Part shown: one piece after another, positions 27,033 to 37,330 of the stretch
Layout of the letters: each line of letters starts with the position of its first letter
How positions within the stretch are numbered: the first letter of the stretch is position 1
DNA from: Geosiphon pyriformis uo1
Taxonomy: Eukaryota > Fungi > Glomeromycota
Direction: 5' to 3'
DNA: 64,000 nucleotides
Assembly (NCBI GenBank): GCA_016748015.1
Contig: JAAOMT010000672.1
Span: 257,094 to 321,093, forward strand
The notes under the pieces: generated by a model
The model's input: only the letters and a program-made list of their open reading frames with translations
What the model was told of the DNA's origin: nothing
Databases searched by the model: none
Translations under genes and position numbers: made by a program

Positions 27033-29441
27033 ATGCATTCTGTTCGTGAGACGAATAGTGACGCAGGAATTCAAACATTTTTTAAAAAGGCACAAAATGG
27101 TTCAGTAAGAATAGCATCAAAAAGTAAACAATTTTATAAAAGTTTAAAAAAAAATATTCAAAACAAAGTCAAATATGGTCCTGAAGATCAAGATGCAACT
27201 TTCCATAGCTCCCCTCAAAAAAGTTCCTTCTACAGTACCTCATTGTCAAGCCCCAAAAATTCTTCATTTGTATCATCCCAAATACATCCGGCTTCATTGA
27301 AACATAATGATCCGTGTCCAAAAAGCGAGTCAATTTCATCGCCTAAAAATGTTCAACATATCGAAGAGGTGTCCAAATTACAGCTAGTTCAATACACAAA
27401 CGAATTACTATACGAAATAGCAATGGGTATATCTCCAAATTTTTTCCAAGATCCGACTGAATCGGCCATACTGACCACAGACAAACAAGAAAACACCGAA
27501 TGGGTTGGTTTTGGGGAGATCTCAATGTCTCCGTATGATACGGCTTGGGTTGCCATGATACCAGTTCCAAAATATAAAGAGACCCTCGATCCTCAAGATT
27601 TCCAGTTAGCTTTTCCAGAATGCTTCATATGGTTATTATTTTCGCAAAAGCTTCACGGTAGATTGCCTCACGTTGGTCCAGGATGTATCAGTCCTTTCTT
27701 TGCAATTCTTTTGGCACTTGGGATGTTTCGCAAAAGAAGCGGTCCCTACTTTGAACAAAAGCTTCGGGAAATGAATATTACACCGGTAAACTTTTTACAA
27801 TTGATGGTTTTTAAAATTGAGAAATTCAATCCTTTGATCATTATTTAACAATTCATTTTGATAATTAAAAAAGTATCACTTTGAACGATTTTTTGAAAAA
27901 ACGCGAGCCCAACTTAGAAAAGCGTAAGTAATTAATCTGCAAAGCTTTTTTTTGATCTATTAATTTTATCACTTATTAATCTTTCTTCCTTATTTGAATT
28001 TAGATTAAATGAATGGGATATTGATGAAATTGATTTTTCTGGATTTGAAATTATTATTCCTTATCATATGAACGAATTAGAAAAATTGGATCCACCCGTT
28101 ATCTTTGACTTTCCAGACAAACAACGACTTTTAAAGGAAAATCAAAGAAAAATGAGCATACTGCCAGTAGATGCTATCTTTGCCATGGCAGCTAATCGTA
28201 AACCTGTGTCAATAATTTATTCCTTAGAGGCTTTAAGTGGAATAATCGACCTTTCGCGCTGTCAAAACCCAGGATTTCAGGCATTGAATGGTAGTTACGG
28301 GGGATCACCTGCGGCTACAGCCGCAATTCTAATTTCGGCGCCAAAATGGGACCACAAAGCATACGAGTTCTTAAAAAAAGCTATAGAAAAAAGACCACAA
28401 TACGCTGGAGGTTGTGGTTACGTGCCCACGGTCTACGATGTTGGTACATTTGAGATATGTTGGGTGATGCATTGCCTTGGTGAAATTGTCTTGAAATCAT
28501 CTCAGCAAAATACCTTAAACATTCCGTCTACGCTTTTGGAAAAAACCAGAGCTAATTACGGTTCTTACATTACTTATTTGAAAACCATCCTTGAACATCA
28601 AAAAGGAACTTTACGGTGGACCAGTTATGACAATAGAATTCCAGCGGACGTAGACGATACAGCAGTAGCTTATTTCTTGATCACACAATTTTGCCCAAAC
28701 TATAAATTTGATCTGGAGAAATTGATGAAATCTTTTTGGAATGGCACATATTTTATTACATTTCCAAAAGAACGTACATTTTCAGTGAGTTGCAATTCCC
28801 ATGTTCTATCACTTTTAATATCACAGTACGAGATTGTCAAAAAGCAACAACTGAATGGTGATTTGGAGACAACAACTCAGCTACCGGCTGAATCATCAGC
28901 AATCGACTTACATCATGTAATTGTTGCAACCACCAATTTTATTAAATCACAACGTAAGGAAAATTTTACATGGTCAGACAAATGGCACAGTAGCCCTTGG
29001 TACACAACGATGAAATCGATTTCGACTCTTCTAAACCTACAACATTATCCTGAATTGCTTTCTGCAACTTCGTTTAAAACTAAAGAAGCTCTCTTTGAAT
29101 TCTGTGGTGAATCAATTGGTCGTGCTCTATCACTTCAATATCCTGATGGCAGCTGGGGTCAACGGTACATTGATAATTCATCTGGAAACATGGAAGAAAC
29201 TAGCTACATCGTAAGACTACTGCAGGCTGCAAAAAAAACCTGGATAAAAGATAATGCTATTTTAGAAGCAATTACAAAAGGACGTCAATTTTTGCTTGTC
29301 CAATTCGAAGATGCGGTCACAGATCCGAACTTTTTCCATAATCAAGAACCCCATTTGTGGATTGCTAAACAACTTTTTACCGCACCACGAATCATTCGTT
29401 CATCGATACTTCTTGCACTCTGGGATGAATCGAATGAATAA
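27033..29441 (+). CDS. Class II terpene cyclase (copalyl-diphosphate-synthase-like, beta-gamma didomain), paralog 3; intact DxDD; ~746 aa
   Basis: Exons 27033-27785, 27874-27923 (50 nt) and 28004-29441 (2241 nt, in frame). Motifs: SPYDTAWVAM, DFSGFE, IYSLEAL, NGSYGGSPAATAA, VPTVY, DVDDTA (28647-28658), FPKER...CNSH, WSDKWHSSPWYTT, QYPDGSWG, NMEETSY, LWIAKQLF. The stop follows directly, so there is no alpha domain. Confidence 0.93.
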
Positions 29442-29576
29442 ATTAATTGATTAATTAATACTTGGATGGTTCTCATCCTAAAAATTAGTAGAAAATCAGA
29501 AAGACAAAATAATCATTTTACCCAATAGCATTTTGAAAAAGCAAACCTAATACAAAACCTTTTTAAAATTACATTA

Positions 29577-29607
<31 letters not shown>

Positions 29608-32600
29608 ATACGGAAACTTTTTGTTTTAATGGATTGGTCAAAGTTGGTTTGGCGTTGAGAAGTGCATGCATACATGCAATAAAAATTATTGTGATAATTT
29701 AATTTGAACATAAGATCTGGTACAATGTGACATTGTTTATGCAAAGATCCGCCATTGCAAAAAAACTAAAAAAAACTAACTTCTGGTCTCTTTCTTACAG
29801 GATGGAATTGTAAGTTTTAGGATAAAAGTCTTTAAACTAAAAGCGGTTGCAATCATTCATACAAAACACACCATTTAGTAATGGTTTTTCAGGGGGAAAA
29901 GATCATTTAAAAAATTAGGTATTCAATATGTTTTCTTTGCAACCTAATCTTATATAAAATGAAAATCTTGGGCCAAATAACACTCAATATTAGCAGTCAA
30001 TTGAAAAAAAAAGGGTTAAACTATTGGTCTCCATAACAGGCATCCCAGATAAATGTTCAAACAGCAGAATCAGGACAAAAACGATTAATTTTTTAGCGTC
30101 ATAGACATTATTGTTAATATATTTTTTTCAAAAAATCAACCAAAGCGTGGGTGAAAATAAGTCATAAATATATAAAAATCATTTTTAAGATAGCTCTAAT
30201 CTAAAAATGGTTGAACAAAACAAATTAAATAAAATAAAATAAAGAACAAGTTCAATTCTTTGATACTGAGATGTATCTTTAACAACGGTAGGGAATACGT
30301 TGAGAAAGGATATCTTATGCTTTCAGAAATTCCAATTTCATTTTAGGGATTCTTTAGTATAATGTGGAGCCTTTTGGTCATATATGGAACATTTACCAAT
30401 TATTTTGAGAATCCTAAAATTTCATATTGATGGCTCAATGTAAGTATGTGGCTTTTAAAGAAATTTCTCGATAGGTTCTGCAATAGAAAGAAAGAAACAA
30501 AGAGCGGGCCCCCGTAAACGAAATTGAAGAGTTGACTTCTTTTTTTTGATAATAAATTTACACTAGTTTTTATTTAGTCCATTTTAATGCCGCTATAAGA
30601 TTGAAATCTGACGTTCAAGGTATCGAAAATACTTTACGTTATCGCTATCTTCATGGATCCGTAATTTTCAATTTTAGTCCACTGCCTAGCAAGCTGATTG
30701 AGATCGCAGGTTGGATTTCTTGAAGGCATTACGCACTCTAAGGCTTCGTATTCTGGTCATTCTTTGGGCATATAAGATGGATGATTTGTTAAATTGATCG
30801 TGTCTTTTTACTAAGCTTAATTTAAAGGATTTGTTACACGATTCACAGGAAACATGAAACACGAATAAGCTTTACCTAAAAACCCACTCTCCTTGAATAC
30901 CACCAAGATTATTAATGAACAAATTGTCGTTCAACAAGTTTAGCTTTTGATTTATCAATAAGAAGTAGAAGGCGTTTGATCCCTTGATCATTGGATCACA
31001 CAAAAAATATAGTATTACTAGTAACTGTCTGTGAGTTATTTTTTCAAACGGCCCGTAATTAATTTGTCCATAAAAACAAGGTTTAACTTTGGAAAAGCAT
31101 CCCTGCATTTCTTGCTGTCGACCTCATATGAAATTTTGGGAATCCTGCCGACCCTGCATAATAATAATTTTGGTCTAAAGTAATTTTAAATTTTAAATTT
31201 TCCACATGAAGTTTTTCCCATTCGTTTACTAAGAATTTTTTAACTATGTAATAACAAAAATAAATATTTTCTTTGAAGTTTATTATAATTGTGACAGAAA
31301 TGAAAATTTTACTTACAATTTTGCGTTATTCTTTAAAATAAAAAACAATTATTTATAAGAATACTAGATTTGTGTAATTAAGTCTGTCGATGCAGTCATT
31401 TTCTATTATTATTAAATACCCATTTTAGTAATGAGGGCAGCAATAATGTTATCTTAAAATCTAATTAAGTCATAAGAGTGTTGCAATTTTCAAAGTGGAT
31501 TTTTCTAAACCTGTTTTTCTTATATAAACAATAAGCAATTAACATAAGCAAACAATTGTGTATATTAAATTATTTCAAGTTTTGGTTTTAGGACGAAAAT
31601 CTGGGTAATCACTCAAACATATTTACGTAATCCAATGATTAAAAACCTGTCATTGAATTAAAAGAGTAAAGTTGTCAGAATGGAAACTTCTATTTTGCAG
31701 TAAAAAACAAAGCTGCACATTTCAGTGTACCGATCAGAGAGTACCCAATCTTGACAAATTGGAAAAATAATATTATGATAAATCATCTTTTTTGAACTTT
31801 TTATCTACTCGACGATCGTTTTTTTCTAAAAAAACGAACCGAAAGACTCAATAGTTGCAATCTATGGAATTTATTATAAGAATAGTTCCCTTTCACAACT
31901 AATTCGCTTGAATTAATCTCATAAGAAATGTGGACATTACATTTTCAAATAATCTTTCGCCGAGATTTTGGAAGATTTCCCGCCAAGTATGAATCTGTTG
32001 CCTGATAATTAATGGATCTCTAAAATCCTCAATTTTTGTCAATGCGCCTGCTGAAAACTGTATCTGTTATAGAATTCCTTGCATCTTGAAAAATCATCCA
32101 TCAGTGTTACCGAAATAGAATGTTTCTCATATTGTTTTTCACATTTAGGATTTAAAAGATTTGCAAGTTAGGGGCCTCATTTCTGATTACAGAAAATTAA
32201 TGTTTAAAGTTTTGATAATCCCGTGTGAATTTCACCTAACAAACCTTTCTTGTCTTCGATAAAAAAGTTTCCCATGTCACTTGTAAAATTTTTATTCTTT
32301 CTTTGCATGTCAATTGATCAGCCTATTGTAATCTCCTATTAATTAAAGTTTTTTGATAAAAATGAAAATCTTAATGATTTTTTAAATTTAACTGAAATAA
32401 TGAATAGGGTTTAATTAGATGATAAGTAAGTCCTGGTGTTCTTTCCATACAACTTTTCAAGCACCTCATGAAGTATGGGCTTTTTCCGTAATTTCTTTGT
32501 AAGCTTTTTGGAATCTTCTTTTTAAATAGGATTAAATCTTTTTTGGTTTCAATTCTTTCATATATTAGCTAATAATTTGAAACACGATATTTAATCTCGT

Positions 32601-32739
32601 AAATAATGCTTTCTATTTTATTTAAGGGTAGATATAAAGTTACTAATAACTTTTTGTAGATCAAATCTGGAATCTTAAGATTTCTGACATAAATGTTGAT
32701 TTATTGGTCAAAAGATTTTTTACATCAAATTATTAAGTT

Positions 32740-35500
32740 TCATGTCACAATACACAAGTAATACAAGAGTGTTTTTATTTAAATAAATTTCAAAAACCCC
32801 AAATTGTATTTGTAGTTACAACACTTTATTAAATTAAAAATAATATTTTAATTGTCACATGGTTGAAACTTCAAATTATATAGATACAATTAATTGTAGC
32901 CGATGTAATACTTGATCTTTATATTTAAAATTCTATTTTTAAATTAAATTGAAAAGTAAAATAAAACAAAAATTAAGCAAAATTGATTAGCCATTACTAA
33001 TATATAAGGAAAGCATAATAAAATGAAATATTAATATTAAAAATTTTCACAGTTTTTTACAAGAAGCTTTCATTTGCTAATATGTTCCTTAGAAAAAATT
33101 TCATAAAGTAAAAAAAATGATAATTTAAACATTGTTTAAAAAGTAGTTTATTGAAAAGAAATATATTTTTATAATATATTTTATATTAAAATTATATTAA
33201 TATAATTATAAAAATAATTATTTTTATTCATTTTTTTAAAAAATAATTATTTAATAATTTTTGTTTATACATGTAAATATTTTTAATAATTTATTAAATA
33301 TTATAATTAATAATTAGTGATCATAAGATTTTTTTTTGAATTAATAATTATTGTTTATTAACAATATCTAATTTCTTTAAAATTTCATAAAAACAATCTG
33401 GTTGAATGTAAAAAATTAATTATATTTATGTTTTAACATATTTTATACAAAACGAGTATATTCAAAATTTTTTAAGATTAAATTTATTCTTTAAAAATAC
33501 ATATTAATAAAAATATTTATTATACATTTAATATAATATTTTGAGCCAAATTAAAATAAAACAAAATTTCATAAAATACATTTGTGTATTTATATTTTAA
33601 TTTGAAATTTCGAATAATTTTAAAATTTATCAATTGTAAATATACAATAATTTTAAAAAATATAAATTTAATGTTGATTAATAAAATTGATAGTTTATTT
33701 TCGCCAAATTATATGTATATGATAACTTTTGTTAGTTATATAGTATAAACAAATAAATTTATTTTTGGTTGGTTGTTATAATCGTAATTTTAATTTTCAA
33801 TATTTTATTTATTTAAATAATTGCGAAAATTTTTATTTTTATTTTTTTTAACAAAAATTATAAAAAATAATTTTTACAATTACTGTAATTATTATATTTT
33901 GCTAAAATTTTTATAATTTTTAATAATAATAAAACTCGACAAAAGACAATAACTCTAAAAAATTATGAAATTGGTCATAATATTTATTTTGCAGTAACAT
34001 TCAAAAATTTTTAATTGTTTTTTTTTGTTTATAAATAATTTAATTTTTAATAATTTACAATTGTAATTTAATACCATAATTAATTTATAAAATATTTTGA
34101 ACTATTTAATAATTGAATTTTTGCAAAATTTAAAATATTAAAATCAAAAATATAATTATTTAAAATTGTGTAAAAAAAAAGCTTACTTTATTAAAACAAG
34201 TATTAATTAATAGTTTAAAATTTTTAACGCTTAAAAATAAATACAATTTAATAAAAATAATTTTTTGTTTAAATTAAAATTAATAAAAACAGAAAATCAT
34301 TTTTTTTCAAAATTGACTAATTATTAATTACATTAAAATTAATACATAAAAATAATTTGAAAATTTGAAAAAAAATATTAGAAGTCTTAATGGCAACTTA
34401 AAAAGCAAATTAAAGTTTTATAATTAATAATAAAAAATAGATTTTGTCAGTATTTTCAAAGACAGTTCTTCAAATAAATTTGAAATATATTTAAAAAATA
34501 AAAGGTTTAAAATAATTGAATTTTTTTTATTTTTTAGATTTAATAATAACAAATTTTGTGATATTATAAAAAATAAGTTATAAATTTTTTTTATATTGGT
34601 CAAGTTATAACTTTAATTATAATTGTTGTCTTTATAATTTTTAATATTTATATTTATATTATTATTATTATTATTGTTGTTGTTGTTGTTGTTATGGTTA
34701 TAATTTTAATTAAAATTACAATAATTTTTTTACTATTATTACTCTAAATCTTATTATATAAGTTATAATTTACAAACTACTTTTTTTTTTAATTTGGAGT
34801 TATTTGAAAAAAATAACTCAGTTTTATTTATATTAATTATATTATTTTATGATATTTTTTTTAAAAAAAATTGTAATTGTCGTTTTTTATATACAAATAT
34901 TTTTAAATAAGTATTAAATCATTTGTTTTGAAAAAATTTTCACATCTTGACATTTTAACAAAAATTCAGTCAATTATTGAAATTTTAAATCAAGTTTTAT
35001 TTTATTATAATTAGTAATATATATTTTTAGTTGATTACCTTATTAATTAATTAATTAATTAATTAATTTAACATTATTTTTCAGTTAATTATTTTTTTTA
35101 GTTAATTACTTTTCATTTATTTAATCGTTTTACTGTTAATTATTTTTTAATTAATTTCTTTTTTTAGTTAATTATCTTTAATAATTCTTTAATCACATTA
35201 TTAATATATATTCTTATTTACATATTTACAACACTTTAAATGTTACATTATAATACATTAATAAACTATTTATATAATTCTTTATTATTACTAATATTCT
35301 TCTTAATCAAAATTTTGTCAGTTTATTTTAATAAAATTCTTATATTCATCCTTTTTTGAATTATTGCATCAAAAACTATTATGTTTGTTAAAAAAGTTTG
35401 TGTAATTCAAATTGTCAAGGTTTTTTAAAGCTTTAGATAATAAAAAAAAAACATTAATTTTTTGCTGAAATAATAATAATGTAATTATATAATGTAAATA
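32740..35500. mobile_element. Very AT-rich decayed repeat/transposon relic, family not identifiable
   Basis: Composition matches the 9.7-14.4 kb block. No ORFs. Contains simple repeats (TTA/TTG, TAAT). Confidence 0.3.
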
Positions 35501-36166
35501 TCTACTACTATCACATAGTAGAACTAACCAGCCACCCTTATAATCGATCCTGAAGCAAAGCCACCGAACATCAGAGGCGACATGAGCCACATCTCTCAAC
35601 CTCTAAAACACAATTGGCGACATCAAAACCCATCCAACACCGTAGCCGAGGTTGGCGCAACCGTGTCGTCACCCGCTATCGCATCAATCTTCTCTAAACT
35701 TGGCCCTAGGAATCCAAACCCTATCACGATGTCCAATGACGAAACCCCTAACTATACGATTTTCAACCTTGTCAACGTATCGTCCTTCAAAACATTCAAA
35801 CCATTCCTTTGAGCACGAAGCCCTTCGCCTGCGCAACACTCAATTGAGAATACTTTAATTAGTTAAAGAATCAGCCATTGGTTATTAATTTCTTTTTATT
35901 GTGATTGTTTAACTATTTTGTGATTATAAACAAGTATTTTTTATTAGTTTACATGTGTATTAATAATAGGAACTTAAAATGATTGTAATATTGATTGTAC
36001 TTTATAAAAATTTGAGACAAATTTTTTTATGAATATAGAAAGGGTGTGACTATATTTTTAGCTTCACCTCAATTTTAAAAAACAAGCCTTTGGTTTGTGA
36101 CTAAATTGAAAATTTTGAAGGCTTTCTCGAAAAATCTCGGACCATATTTATTCGAAGATGTGATTT

Positions 36167-37330
36167 TTACATTGAAGTCAAGGCAACCGACACCCCAAAA
36201 TATGGACCACCATGAGCGGGGTCAATTTTACACAGGATATCTGGAATGGAATTGGCACATTTCTAAACAAAAGATGTTATTAAAACTAGAATGTTATTAA
36301 CACGCACATGAAGAATTTGAAACATTCTCTAGCATATTTTAGAATTAGCATACATCATTTTCCCGGCCATCACACTCTCTGACTGGAGGTGACGTAGAGT
36401 TATCATTACTCATTATCCACATTTCTTTCCCGGCATGTTCATACCCAAGGAAGTGAAAAGGTACATGTGGGATGAGATCGTTGGTATGAGTAGTGCGAAT
36501 CAAAGAAATCTGTTTGTCAATATAGTCTGCAAATATCTTGTTTCCAACACGAGGTTGGCCAAATGTATATACAAAGAGATTTTTCCCTGGGATGAAAGAA
36601 GACATTTTTTCTTTGATATCGAGACCCTTTAATACTGCCAGGGCTAAATTTCCAACAGTCATTGTTAAATTAGGTTTAGCATATATTTAATCAAATAATC
36701 TTACAAAAAATGATTCAAAGCTTACCACCACCCAAGCTATGCCCAGTTACATAAACATTAAACGTGGGATTTTCTTTGATAAGTGGGTCTAAAAATTCCA
36801 TAAGGTAACCTTGCGTAGAATGAAACGCGTGTAAAAACCCAGCATGTACTTGAGCTCCAGGTACCAAAGGATAATCATCCAAGATTAGAGTTTTGTCAAT
36901 AAGAAGGTTTATTAAACTTCTCATTGATGTCCCACGGAAGGCAACAACAATTTCTTTTCGCAATGTGTTTATCGCGACGTAAGCTTAATATAAATTTTTT
37001 TAGCGAAAATTTTATTAGACAAATGTTAAGAAAGAGGAGAGCCCGAAGATTTTGCATGAGCCTACCTTGAGCATTAGTAATATTTGCCTGAATTACAGCA
37101 ATAACTCGTGTTCCTTGAATCAAAGAACAATGACGACAATTCCAGTTTTGAATTTGAGCTGCATCATAATAGGCAATTGTAGAATATATTGCAAAAGTTG
37201 CGAGAGTTCTCTCAGTTTCTTGTGAAACTAAAGGTGGAGCTCTTTTTATATTTCTCTTGCTGACTACATATTGAATATTTATGGAAAGAAACAAAAGAAA
37301 AATTATAAGGAAACTTTTTGTATGTCCCAT
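36167..37330 (-). CDS. Secreted class 3 lipase (Rhizomucor-lipase-like alpha/beta hydrolase), ~302 aa
   Basis: Exons 37330-37066, 36983-36726, 36643-36354 and 36262-36167. Has a signal-peptide-like N-terminus, IVVAFRGT, VHAGF, nucleophile GHSLGG, YTFGQPRVGN, NDLIPHVP (Asp), and C-terminal CANSI...H..PYFG (His). Confidence 0.93.

Noticed and set aside
1450-29441. Calling the locus a gibberellin cluster (CPS/KS plus P450s)
   Set aside because: There is no kaurene synthase domain, no GGPP synthase and only one P450, and the ent-CPP His/Asn dyad is absent from the intact copy. It cannot be excluded, but nothing supports it.
27033-29441. Squalene-hopene or oxidosqualene cyclase assignment
   Set aside because: DxDD and QxxDGSWG are shared, but SxYDTAW, YSLE, SPAATAA and DKWH are diterpene-cyclase-type motifs. 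Only one clear QW repeat is present and there is no DCTAE.
33640-34000. SWIM/zinc-knuckle-like remnants (EIGHNIYF) suggesting a MULE transposase
   Set aside because: Too degenerate; the Cys residues are not recoverable.
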